Origin: Selaginella moellendorffii
Taxonomy: Eukaryota; Plantae; Lycopodiophyta
NCBI RefSeq assembly: GCF_000143415.4
Contig: NW_003314262.1
Location: 5,886,471-5,950,470, forward strand
Direction: 5' to 3'
DNA length: 64,000 nt
Shown: positions 9,917 through 22,149 of the stretch, piece after piece
How positions within the stretch are numbered: position 1 is the first letter of the stretch
How the letters are laid out: every line of letters starts with the position of its first letter
Position numbers and translations under genes: made by a program
Notes under the pieces: model-generated
What the model was told of the DNA's origin: nothing
Seen by the model: the letters and a program-made list of their open reading frames with translations, nothing else
Database searches by the model: none

Positions 9917-12900
9917 ATGGGAAAGAACAAGCGCGGCGCCCCCGCCAAGAGCAAGGGCAAGGGCAAGGGCAAGGGCAAGAGCAAGGCGCGGCAATCCATT
10001 ACCAGCAATGCCAGCGACGACGGCGATGCGCTGCTCGACGAGGAGATCACCGCTTTGTAAGTTTCACGCGAATTGTAGCTCAGCCGACTGAATTCTCCTC
10101 GATCAGATCGGCGATATTTCAGAACGATTTCAGCGTTGTCGCGGATCATCTGATCAAGGAGCTCACAATAAATCTTCGGTAAGCTTTTTCTTCGTGAGAA
10201 TTTCTTTTTCTCGAGCAATTATCTTCCAGGCCACATTCTGAGAATGAAAACGATTTTTCTGCTCATCTCTTCGTAAGGTGGGGTTGAAAATTTGTCTAGC
10301 AGAAAATTCTTCGCTCACTTGGTGCTTGATTGCTAGGTGTTTTCCTGGCTATCCCTGGAAGCCCCCGAAGTTACAAATCGCAGCGAGTGATAAATCGTTG
10401 GAAACTGAGTGCCATATTCTACACGGAATGCTGGTGGAACAGGTTCGCAAACTGTAGTCTAACTCATTGTCGATCTAGCATTTTCCTTCTTAGGCTGCTT
10501 TGTGTGCTCGAGAAGGAAGAGTTATGATCTTCAATCTTGTTGAAGCTGCCCAGGAGTATTTCTCGGAATGTCTCGCCAACTTAGCTCAAGAGCAAAAAAA
10601 GGTAAATTCTCTGAGAATCTTGGTTCTGACATGGCCATATCGTTTCATTTTCTGTGTCTAGGAGTTGGACGAAAGCATCGCACAAATGTCCGAGCCTCCC
10701 ATTGTCAAGGAATCAGAGCCAGTGAACTCTGATTTCGTCTACTGTGACTTATGGGAAAATAGTGGCACCTGGGAAGGCCCGGACAGTCTTCCCACTGGAC
10801 AGACTCCATTAGAAAAGGAGATTCCTTCGTCAAGTATTCCAAGCAGACCTGGTTTTCGGAGACCACCAGCTTTAGTTTTACCAGAGCTAAAGCCGCGGGA
10901 TTCAAAGCAACATATTAAAGGTTTAGATGCTGATAATGAACCCCGCGAAGCATCGGCAGAAGACGAGCAGTTATCTAAAGACGCGGCTGTGAGCGAATTT
11001 CTGCTTAAAGCATTCTCTGGCTACAAGGTGGCGCGAACTACGAGGGTATGATTTCTAGTTTTAGTCTTTGCTAATTAGTGGCGCTTTTTGTAGCAACCGG
11101 CTATGACTTCTGAGGCACTGGGAACCGGAGGCGACGACGACGCCATATTTGCCATTCAAAAGGACTTGATTCTGGTTTGTACATTTTATAATTTTCTTGG
11201 CTGATATCGTTGCAGGTATATCTACTTCGTTTGGCCTGTGGCAAGAAAGGTCCTCTACCGAATTCATTGTCCGAATTGACTTCTCAATTGTCACAACTCG
11301 GTGTACGTGATGTTTTTCGAGAGAATTTGCTGTATAAGTTTCTTTTTATGCAGATCATGCCATCGTGGGCCGAGGACTTGGTTTCTCGTCAACCTCAAAT
11401 GTTTCAGGCAACATTCAAACGTATTTTTAAGCAGACCGTCGACAAGGATAATGTTTCGGAGTTTAAAGTAAGCATTGACATGATCATTGTTTGTGTTTTC
11501 TATTTCTAACGATGAACTTAGAGAAATTTGGAAAGGTTTTGGAATGCAAGTCCCGATTTGTTAGGAGAAAATGATGGCAATCTTGCAGCAATGAATTCGA
11601 GATACTTGTCTGACTTTGAAGAGCTTTGTTTGCTGGGTAAGGAAGAGCGTGATGGAATTTTCTTTACAAAAAAATCTCACGTGTTTTACACAGGGAAAGG
11701 TGGATTTGGCCATGTAGTTTTGTGCAAAAATAAACTCGACGGGCGACGATATGCCATGAAGAAGGTCAAGCTTAAAGATGAAAACCCTTCCGACAAGATC
11801 TTGAGGTAAGTTATTGCCAGACTACAACGATCCTGAGACAAAATGTGACAGGGAGGTTGCTACTCTTTCACGTTTGCAACATCAACATGTTGTTCGCTAT
11901 TATCAGGTTTGAGTTTCCTGTTCGTTTCTATGCCTGTGCTCAATTAATATTCATATAGGCGTGGTTCGAGACAGCAGCAGGGGGTTCTTCTGGCACTCCC
12001 TATGGAGAAGAATCTGAAATTTCGTCAAGCTGGGTCGATACGCCGGGCTCCTCAAGCAACGATGTCAACACGGTTTCAACATTTTTGTACATTCAAATGG
12101 AATACTGCCCAAGGTTGGTGTTAGTGCATTCTTTTTAGACCGTGTGACCATGTGGTTTCGATTTCAGGACGTTGAGAGAAGTGTTTGACACACGATCAGT
12201 TCTAGACAAGGAGTTGACTTGGGGAATTTTTCGTCAAATTGTCGAAGGCCTTTCACATATACATGGGCAAGGAATCATACATCGAGATCTTACGCCAAGT
12301 AATATATTTTTTGATACTCGAAATGATGTCAAGATTGGTGACTTCGGCCTTGGTAAGTTTCGCATATTACGTATCAAATCGTTTATGACAGGTGTGTGTG
12401 CAGCTAAATTTGCGGATCTGCAAAATCCTGATCAAGATCACCGTGTTCCTGTAAAATTTGAAGCAAACGTAAAGTCACTCGAAGGGACTGGCCAAGTCGG
12501 TACCTACTTTTATAGAGCTCCAGAAATTGAACAAGCTTGGCCACACATTGATGAAAAGGTTGGTTTTCTAAGTTAAGAAACTTTACTGATCTTTCCTTTC
12601 AGGTTGATATGTACAGTCTGGGTGTCATTCTGTTTGAGCTGTGGCATCCATTCAGCACAGGCATGGAGCGTTATGTCACTTTGAACGAGCTGAAACAGCA
12701 AAATATTTTACCTTCAAACTGGGCGGCTAAGTTTCCGCACCAAGCAGCGTTGGTACATTTGCTAGTATCGCCTCATCCTCAAGACCGTCCTTCTGCACGG
12801 GAAGTTCTGCAATCCGAGCTCTTGCCTCCTAGGATGGAAGATGAAGCATTGAAAGGTATTGCGACTTTTGGTTTCTACCTTACTTTTCTGGCTTTTCTCG

Positions 12901-14970
12901 TACAGATATTCTGCGAACCATCCACAGTACCGATAATACTTTTGTTTTTGATCAAGTTATTGCTGCTTTGTTCGACGAGGAAAAACTAGCTTCGAAGACT
13001 GATAACGAAGCAAACCTTTCGATTGGTGACTTGGATCACCTTACGCCTAAATGGCTGACAGCACAAGAGCTGGTTATTGGCCTTACTAAAGACGTTCTTA
13101 CGAGGCACGGGGCCCGCAAATTTCGAAGCCCAAGCATGACCGTAGCTTCTGATGTCAAGACATCAAACAGGTTGGCTTTTTTTTGTTGATCGGTTTAGAG
13201 GCTTACTTGTGCGCTTCTAGATCTGCCGTCAAAGTTATTAACTCTTCAGGAACGATGTTTGAATTACGTTATGACACCCGTCTTTTATTTGCGCGTTGGG
13301 TTGTCCTAAATCAGGTGATGTGTGTGTGTCTGTTTCTTTCTTCTCAGACGTGCATAATGTTTTCCAGAGCACGTCATGGAAGCGCTACGAGATTTCTCAT
13401 ACTTACAGGAAAGGCGTGGGATATCGTGCGCCAAAGGAGTATCTTCAAGTAAGGAATGTTTTGGTTTACAAAAACACAAAAAGGATTGCTTGCAGGGAGA
13501 CTTTGACATAATCGGCGGTTATCGTGCATTAGCCGAAGCCGAGGTCATCAAGGTAATTGACGGAGTCCTGCATGGCTGTTCTTTCTTACAATCCAAGCTA
13601 CAGGCAGCTGCCGATATCATTTCCAGGGTGTCCTCTACTGAAACATGCGAGCTACGTCTTAATCACCTTGAAATTCTAGATACCATATGGAGCTGGAGTG
13701 GCGTAACCAGACAGCAAAGGAAGAATGTGGCTCAGGTATGCTCTTGGATTTTACTTTTGAGATATTTTCTGTGCTTTATTTCAGATACTTGGAACTATGA
13801 CCTTCCTCCGTCCTCAATCAGCAGACCGGAAGGCCAGATGGGTTTTTGTTCGTCGGCAGCTTATCCAGGCATGCTAATACGTGCTTAAGCTTTGTGAGGC
13901 TCAGTTTTTGCTGCAGGGTTTACATTTATCCGAAGCCGTGGTAGACAGGCTTCAAACAGCTGAACGTCGCTTCACAGGAAACGCGGATGAAGTTCTTGCT
14001 CGACTAAGAGGAGCTTTATCTAATAGTAAGATACTACTCGTGTTTAACAAGCATAACCTTTGATCAGGTCCATCGAGCATCGAAGCGATTGAAGAGCTCT
14101 CAAGACTACTAAGCTATTTGAGAAATTGGCGTGTAGAAATGTTACTTACGGTCGACGTTTTCATCGTTCCGAGTGATTACTACTTTAATGCCGCGTATTT
14201 TCAGGTGATGAATATGATTTTTGACTCAGCTAACAGTGCATGATATGTCAGATATATTTTCCTAGAACAAGCTACCCCGGGGCTCAGGGTATGCTTCTTG
14301 CCGTGGGAGGCCGCTATGATGTACTTCTTGAACACCTCGCTAAGGATTATGGAGTAAGAACTACAACTGTCCTTGCTTTCAATAACTTCACTTGATCAGG
14401 TACACACTCCACCGGGGGCAGTGGGACTGACTATTGCTTTGCAAAAGCTGATCCATATTGCTATGAAAGATAGGTACTACGGAAGCTTGTTTATCAATGC
14501 AGAATTGAGCTTGTCATGCAGTAAAAATGAAACGGAACCTGCTGAAGTTCTCGTATGTTGCCGAGGAGGGGGTGGTCTCCTGAAAGAGAGAATGGAATTA
14601 GCAGACGAATTATGGTCCGCAAATGTCAAGGTGAGCAGATTTATTGTGGTCATTCTCAACAAGCATCTACGTAGCAGGCGGACTTTGTATGTGCGATTGC
14701 TCCGAGCCTGACTGAGCAGTACGAATATGCGCATGACAATGGAATCAAGGTGCTTGTAATCATCACGGAGTCCGGCTTATCCCAGGGGGTGGTCAAGGTA
14801 GTTTGCCTCCTCCTGTTTCCAAAGCTAAATCTTTTCGGTGTTGCATGCAGGTTCGCCATTTAGACTTCAAGTTTGAGGTAGACGTTCGCAGGGATGACTT
14901 GGCTAAAAGCTTGGCGGATTTGATTTCTGGTCCCCTAGCCGTGAAAATGCTACGACAGTCTCTGATCTAA
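9917..14970 (+). CDS. GCN2: eIF2-alpha kinase GCN2 (RWD, kinase, HisRS-like and anticodon-binding domains), more than 25 short exons
   Basis: RWD (DEEITAL...CFPGYPWKPP...GRVMIFNLVEAAQE); kinase [72 protein letters not shown]; HisRS-like ELRYD, AVGGRYD; final exon ends TAA at 14970. Confidence 0.95.
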
Positions 14971-15090
14971 TCTGGTAACTTGATCTCATGAATTTTTTTT
15001 AAATATGATCTAATAGTTATGCTTAGATTCTTGTGAGCTTCTCAAAGTACACCCTTATGTGTAAGTTATTCCTTTTATGCGTTACTCCTC

Positions 15091-16377
15091 TCACAGCTCC
15101 GAGCATGATGCAGGTGCGAAAGTGACGGTGGATTTCTCATTGTCGAACATGATATGGTAGCCTTGCTGCATCACATTGCCGATGATATTAATCCCGATGC
15201 TTGCGCTGGACATGATAGCGAGACAAGCGACTGATTCGTTCCACGCTTCGGCATCGGCTCGACTTGGGACGACGATGTAGTTATCTTGGTGAAGGTTCAT
15301 CCAAGCGTCCGGGAAATGTAGAGCAAGGGAGGGAAAGGTGTAGTCTCTCTGGAGGGAAATGTTATAGCACAGGTCTAGGCCTACCGAGGTGCCGTTAACC
15401 AGGGGAAGATTAATCCGGCGGCTGAAAACACTTATCACTTGGATGTACACGCCAAGAGGAAGAAACGTTAGTGTAGTGCCAGAGTCGAAGATGGTGCCAA
15501 CCGAGCTATCGAGGTCGCTGTGAGGCATGGAAATGGTATAGCCGTCAGCCGAGACACTAGTGAGGTTCACGAAGTAGAACGTTTCGTCGCCATCGTGGGT
15601 GAGAAGAGGTGTGGACTGGGCATTTGAAGCATGGACCGGAGCAGCACTGCCGTAGAAGAAGGGGCTGGGATGGTCAAGTGGCGAAAGACAGTAGGAGAAC
15701 TTGTTCCCGATGGAGTCACTCAGCTGTGTGATCAACGAGACTTGGCCTCGACCGAAGCCAGCAACGCCGTCTAGGTTCGGGAAGCCGCTTGAAGATAAGC
15801 TACAGCCGACGAGGATATCGGAAAACTTCGAACTAGTCGTGTTGGACGTCCTGAGGGAGACGGTCTCCGTGACAACCAGGCCAGATGTTGCTCCTCCTCC
15901 TCCGTATTGGTACTGGTACTCGCAAGAGTAGAGGCAGTAGTCGTTGAAGTGTGAGCAGGCATCGGAGCAGCTCACAGTATGGAAAGTTGACGACTGTGTA
16001 TAGTTGAAGCGGTTGGCGGCGCTTGGTAAGCATTGCACCCAGACGAGGTCACTCCCGGTATCAAACAGGACGTCCATGCGTTGAGGAGGAGTTCCGAGCA
16101 GAAGAGGCATTGTGTAAGCACTGCCCACGTCGGTCATGGGGATCCCGGGAATAGCTTCCCCTTTGCCTTCTCCGGCCTTGGACGCTAGATATCTGGCTCG
16201 TAGGAAGCTGTTCTGGAACCTCTTGGAGATCGGTAAGTTGGAATCGCGTCTTCTGAGCTCTGTTCTGAATCCATCCTGTTGTGTGGCTCGCAGGAGCGGA
16301 TGGACGTGAGCAGGAGCAAGTGGAAGCGTGAAAAGAGCCAGCGCGAAGAGCAGCAGGAGAAAGGAGGAGATCGCCAT
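15091..16377 (-). CDS. Secreted A1-family (nepenthesin-like) aspartic protease, single exon
   Basis: Signal peptide MAISSFLLLLFALALF; both catalytic motifs FDTGSDLVWVQC and IFDSGTTLT; FSYCL; IIGNVMQQGYHIMFD. Confidence 0.93.
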   Translation of the reverse strand: MAISSFLLLLFALALFTLPLAPAHVHPLLRATQQDGFRTELRRRDSNLPISKRFQNSFLRARYLASKAGEGKGEAIPGIPMTDVGSAYTMPLLLGTPPQRMDVLFDTGSDLVWVQCLPSAANRFNYTQSSTFHTVSCSDACSHFNDYCLYSCEYQYQYGGGGATSGLVVTETVSLRTSNTTSSKFSDILVGCSLSSSGFPNLDGVAGFGRGQVSLITQLSDSIGNKFSYCLSPLDHPSPFFYGSAAPVHASNAQSTPLLTHDGDETFYFVNLTSVSADGYTISMPHSDLDSSVGTIFDSGTTLTFLPLGVYIQVISVFSRRINLPLVNGTSVGLDLCYNISLQRDYTFPSLALHFPDAWMNLHQDNYIVVPSRADAEAWNESVACLAIMSSASIGINIIGNVMQQGYHIMFDNEKSTVTFAPASCSEL

Positions 16378-17018
16378 TGCCAAGGCTGTTTTTCGATCGA
16401 GCACCCGAGCCGCCGAAGACAGAACTTATGTGAGGCGATGTAAGTATATTTTGCGTGAGCTTGGATTTGTCGTGCGAGCACACCAAGCATGCGGAGCTTA
16501 TAAAGATTGTGTGTTTCGATTTCCAGGCCAGCACCAAAGGCAGATGGTAGACGGTCTCATCAAAACCGAAGCTTACATTTTGCGTAAGAATCACTTAAGC
16601 ATTTTGACTTTGCTATACAGCGCTTGTTTTCCCGACTAAAAAGAATTTTCTCCCCTCATCTCTTTTGTGCAGCCGCCAAATGGTTGACTGATCAGATCGA
16701 GCTTATTCTTATTTGCAGGTATGTTAAAGGAAAAAAGTGACTCTTTCTAATAAATGTTAATGTCTTCTACAGCTCCAGGTGAAAGACTACCAATCTAACA
16801 ATTGTTGAAACATTGGATGTTCTTTATTTCCTTCTCGTTTATGAAATCTAATGGTTCTGAATATTCTATGCGCTATGTTGGTGGGAAGTTCACGAGTTTG
16901 CCACCACTTTTCAGAGCTCTTGTCCAGAAAGTCGGCGAGCCCCAGCACCAATCTCTCGGTCTGTATATATATTATTCGTTCGGTATAATGTTCTGAAAGC
17001 TATGTTGAGGAGAACGCC

Positions 17019-18150
17019 ATGACACGGCAAACGCTAGTTCTTCTCGTCTGCTCGGTGTTTTTACTCGGCCTGTCCAACTCGGAGTACTACTCAGTCGACA
17101 CTTTCGGTGGTAACGGGTTTTCAAAAGGACTGAGGTTTGGATTCTATGCAGCTACTTGTCCAAAAGTGGAAACCATTGTCCGGGAGTCTTTCACTAGCAA
17201 TATCTTTCGAGACCCGACTGCTGCCGGTGCTCTCATTCGTTTGGCGTTCCACGATTGCCAAGTCGGGGTACGTAGATGTTTTCCTCCAATCTTAACAGTT
17301 TTGGCCAACTTTCTGTGCTTCTCCAGGGCTGTGACGCGTCCATCCTGCTCAGCTCCTCCGACTCGATCACCAGCGAGCTCGTCTCCGATAGAAACTTTGG
17401 AATCCGTCGACTGGATTTCATTGACAGCATCAAGAGCTCGCTCGAAGCGTCGTGCCCGGGTGTGGTTTCCTGTGCGGACATCATAGCCTTGGCTGCAAGA
17501 GACTCCATCAGGATCTCGGGGGGACCAAACATTCCCATACTCCTGGGACGAAGGGACTCCACAAGCGCCAGTAACTTAGCGGCCGATCGATCCATTCCAC
17601 TCCCAACTATCAGCGTCGACGACACCATCAGCCTGTTCCAGTCCAAAGGCATGACGCTCCAAGAAACAGTGGCCATTCTAGGTACTCCTACTTCCAAATT
17701 CCCACTGCTGCTCCAGCTCTTTTCTTCGCTCTTTTCTTGTTTGTAGGTGCTCACACTGTTGGTGTTGGCCACTGCGTAAGCGTCCTGGATCGACTGTATC
17801 CAACGCAAGACCCCAACTTGCTCCCTCCTCGCTCAGCGCAGCTCCGAGCTCAGTGTCCTCCCACGCCGCCACAGCTCCTCAACAACAACACCTTCTTCGC
17901 CAATGACTTCACCAACGTGTTCTTCGACAACCAGTACTTCCGAGACATTCTCAATGGGCAGGGGCTGTTTGGAATCGACTCAAAGATCGCGCTTGACAAG
18001 AGAACCTCCCGGATTGTCTCCATGTTTGCGACGAACCAGGCGTACTTCTTTGCGGTCTTCTCCTCGGCGTTTAATAAGATGCTGGCGTCCAACGTTCTCA
18101 CGGGTAGCAGTGGAGAGATTAGAAGAGATTGCAAGGTTGTCAACTCGTAA
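17019..18150 (+). CDS. Class III secretory peroxidase, 3 exons (introns 17268-17326 and about 17682-17747)
   Basis: Signal peptide; FYAATCP; distal motif RLAFHDCQVG|GCDASILL; VVSCADIIALAARD; LGRRD; proximal LG|AHTVGVGHC; FDNQYF; GEIRRDCKVVN. TATA-like run at about 16964. Confidence 0.95.
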
Positions 18151-18403
18151 GTAGATCATCGAAGTTTAAAGTTCTTTGCTATGGTTGCTATGATATAAAG
18201 AAAACCAATTGATTTGAGAAAGGAAGTTTTGACATTGTGATATGAGCTTTGACTTTTTTTTTCAGAGAATGATGGAATGAAAGTGAAGTCGTGGATTGAG
18301 AGTTCGATTTTCTCTCTATAAAGAACACGCTAATCTTCGTCACCACCGAAATAAAACCATCAAGAGAACTATATGGGAGCTTTTGGCTTTGTGTTCGTTG
18401 AGT

Positions 18404-18503
18404 NNNNNNNNNNNNNNNNNNNNNNNNNNNNNNNNNNNNNNNNNNNNNNNNNNNNNNNNNNNNNNNNNNNNNNNNNNNNNNNNNNNNNNNNNNNNNNNNN
18501 NNN
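18404..18503. other. Assembly gap (100 N)
   Basis: Run of N. Confidence 1.
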
Positions 18504-19600
18504 GGAAGAGAGGTCGCCGTGCTTGAGCCCGGTGAAAAACGAGCGGAGGTCTCCTCCAAGCATCCATCCAGCTCCTCGAGAACGTTGCTACAAGTAACTC
18601 CCGCCCAAGAGACGCACAGCTGCTGCGAGTTCCCCGAAGTCCAGTTTGCTGGGAAGGCTGGAAGAGCTCTCTCTTGCCAACTGCTCATTGCTGATGACAA
18701 GAAGCTCGAGTACCTCTCCGTGTTCGACAAAGACAAGCGTCACTGGGCAAATACCTCCTGGGCTTGGCAACTGCACAAAGATCGAGTGGTTTGACATTGA
18801 CATCTACAAGGTCCAGTTCCACAACGCTGGGACTCAATCGTCTACTCGCAGCAAAGAGCTGTGGAACATGACCCAGCTTGAGTTCCTCAGCGTGATTGGA
18901 ACCATGTGTAGAGGGACAATCTCTTCATTGATAACATGACCAAGCTCGCACACTTGAACGTCGGCTCAAACTCCATAATCGGAGGGGTCATATGACCAGG
19001 GGAAATTGGCAGGTGCAAGAGCTTGGTTTACCTCAACACCATCCCAGAGTCGATCCACTGGCAAACCTCCACATCTTTGGCTGGGAAGCAACATGCTGAC
19101 TGGAGCAATCCCTTCCTCCCTTGCCCAGCTTTCCAGCCTCATAGGCTTACATTTGGATCACAACGCATAGGAGAGATCCCTTCATCACTGGCCCGCCTTC
19201 AAAAGCTGGAGACTTTGATACTACTTGTAAACACGTTGGAGTTATGGGTTACATAACTTCAGCCAACTTTCTGCATGTTGAGATCCCCCTTGAACTGGCA
19301 AACTGTACCTCCTTGCAAGTGCTCGAGGTGTCTAAGAACAAGAGGCATTCCATCAGTCTTAAGACTCTGGGGAAAGGAACAGGCTGGTGGGAAGCATCCC
19401 AGTTTCACTACTTACAAAGCTGGAGTGATTCAAGGTAGGGAGTAACCCTATCCATGGCTTGGATATTGACTTGAGGAGACTTCAAGTTCTCTCCCTGGCA
19501 AGAAACACCTTTCAAGGTAGTCTTCCTCACAACTCGAGGTTGCAACCACAACAACATTTATGGGGAAATTTCAAACACGATCAGTGAGCAATTAGACATA
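18504..19600 (+). pseudogene. Degenerate LRR receptor-like protein/kinase ectodomain; LRRs on +, N-terminal cap fragment on -
   Basis: Frameshifted plant LRR fragments VTGQIPPGLGNCTKIEWFDI, ELWNMTQLEFLSV, GEIGRCKSLVYLN, NMLTGAIPSSLAQLSSL, GEIPSSLARLQKLETLIL, EIPLELANCTSLQVLEVSKN. LRRNT-like ERALPAF..ANWTSGNSQQLCVSWAGVTCS on the minus strand at about 18580-18690. Confidence 0.8.
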
Positions 19601-19682
19601 TCATGGGAATTCATTCATTAGCTGTTTAGAGGGTTTCATGGTGAAGCATGATTATAGTATGCTGTTTTACTCAATTCTTGTA

Positions 19683-20603
19683 CTATGGCCATTGCTTAAC
19701 TAACTGCTTTGTTAATGTATTATATAAAGATAGTTTACCAATATTTTCAATTATAAGTGCACTTTGTGTAGAACTTTTAGTATTAGTATTTGAGGCCCAT
19801 ATTGGAATTTCTAAACTATTATATATAATCAGATTTTGATTAGTATTGAGAACTACATAGCATTTAAATCCTTTATTTGATGTTTTTGATTCCCAAATTA
19901 TTTTTGTCAAATAAACAAATATTAAATTACAATTTTTAGTTATTGTTAATTTATAATTTCCATTTGAAGAAACAATGGAGTTTGCTGAGAGAAGATAAGA
20001 TCCTAAATAGTTTTTATTTCCACTTACTAAAGATGATCTATAAATCCAACAATCATGTTCATCCATATTTATCTAACAATGTCACAAAATATTTCAAATG
20101 ACATTAGAAATATACTTAATTACCTTTATATTTTTTATTGTGAGATTTTGTTTATCATTTATTCTGTTCCCATGTACTATATATTCTAATTCTATAAATT
20201 CGTGAACAGCTCGAATATGACCATATAGTCCAGCTAAAGCTTGATCTACAACTGCTTGAGCAAGAGTTGTAAGTAATATTTTAAGGTATTCGCCTCTAAC
20301 TTGCATATTAGATCCCATAGGTATGCAAAATTTAGCATTAGAAATATCATAAGAATATCCATGTATTGATATTTTCATAGAGATTTGAGAAACTTTAACT
20401 CCTTCAAAGTTTTGTATGGGAAAAGTTCCTACCCTATAATTTGTATTATTATGAAGACTATGGAGAAAGAAAACAAGATTTTTAAATATTACATATGCAT
20501 CTTGATCAGAAAGTGTATCAGTAAATGATCTAAGTGTGAAAGTTAATGTTTTTACAACAATTATAATTAAAAATAAAGAGGTAAGAAAAATATATAAATT
20601 CAT
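19683..20603 (-). CDS. Secreted protein of 289 aa: signal peptide, unknown domain of about 150 aa, C-terminal bulb-type (GNA/B) lectin domain; 2 exons (intron 20073-20123)
   Basis: ORFs 20094-20603 and 19683-20066 join in phase 0 through AAG|gtaatt...tgttag|ATA (51 nt). Lectin pattern: IVSSNGNYKLTITKNCNLIF..IIWESKT..CYVVLNTNQNLIIY..PIWASNT..ALIIENIGKLSLY. Confidence 0.75.
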
Positions 20604-21616
20604 CCTTCTGTATATATAAAATGAGTTAAGTAATATTCAGATTCAACTATTTATTTTAAAATAATTTTTAAAAAGTTGAGAAAAAAACAAAGTTTTTAAA
20701 GATAATACTTTTCTCTTTTACATTTTTCTATATTTCTTTTTCTCTTTTCCTAGCTGACGCCTATATATAAAATCTATAAAGTTGAATAGATGATAAATTT
20801 GAGGAGCTTTAAATAATGATCTTTGAGTATTGGCTGGTTATGAACATTATGAAGAAGTTCAATAAATTATAAAATAAAAACAATTCACCATTTTTACAAA
20901 TCTAAATCAAGTAATAAATAAAACTTCCATGAATTGATTTATAAAACAAGTAAGTTTTTATATTTATCCTTAAAAAAATTATAGAGGTGCCAATTTCAAC
21001 ATGCTCAAATACCAACACAGAGAAATTCAAAGAGAGGGGAACAAGAATTAGAGTCCAACTCCGTGCTATGTCAATCCATAGTCCACAGATGTATACCTCT
21101 AAATCTTCATTGGTTATTAATTCCATGTTTTATCTATCATCTCCAATGTGAGTGCACTATAATTGTACTGATATAAGGAACTTGTATGGCATGCTATTCA
21201 TAAAATAGGTGTCCATATGTCCATATCACACCCCGCTGCCTCACACACACACATATGCAGTTCATGTGGTAAAACCCCATAGGCCTAGATGGTTTTTTAC
21301 CCATGGCAAGTACAAGATGCCCCAATATATTCCACTGGCATGGGAATATGACTGAGAATTCAATGGCCATTCTATGAGTTATCAATTGCCATCCAATGAG
21401 ATGGGATAGTACATGCCATTGCCTTTGATTTTGGTCACTTAGTGAAGTCTATTGGCTATAGCAATGGTAGTGATGGTGATTATAGTGGAGTTGGATGTTA
21501 AGGTAACTCATTTTCCTCAAGATGATAATGATTATCACATTTACCAATGAAGAGTACTTAACTTAACTTAACTTCTAAGTATTTCCGTTAGAGTGGGATG
21601 TGGAGCTTGATTACCA

Positions 21617-21810
21617 AATCCAGTGTTGCAGCACTAGATCCAGTGACCGCTGCCGCCAGATCCAGTGCTGCCGAGTGCCGCTATGCTATATCCAGTGCCA
21701 CAACAACTGCTGTGCCAGATCCAACAACAGCTACCATGCCAGAACCAGTGCTGCTGTGAGTGCCCTAAATCCAGTGCCACAATTGCCACCACACTAGATC
21801 CAATGCCAGA
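21617..21810 (+). repeat. Degenerate tandem repeat with an (A)GATCCAGTG(C) core
   Basis: About 8 ATCCAGTG/ATCCAAC/AACCAGTG cores at irregular spacing in a GC-richer patch. Confidence 0.55.
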
Positions 21811-22149
21811 AAACTCTCTACTCATGTGATTTATCAATTCTCACACTCATATTTTTTTTTTTTTTGCAGTTCAGGATTCAATAAGGGGAGGAGGAGCATC
21901 AAGCTGAGGCCTTCTTCAACTTTGAAATGAAAAGGTGAGCACAAACAACTTCATTGAAGCCCTGTGATGCTTTGCTACTCTCATAAACCCTGCCAATGGA
22001 TCTAGAGCTTAAACTCTAAGCCTTCACTAAAGGACATGAGGATGTTTTCTAGGAGCATCAGGCCATGGCAGTGGACAAAGACGAATACCAGATTTAAGCA
22101 GGTCTTAGCCTCCACCCTAGATCATTCTCCAAGGGGATTCATTAATACG

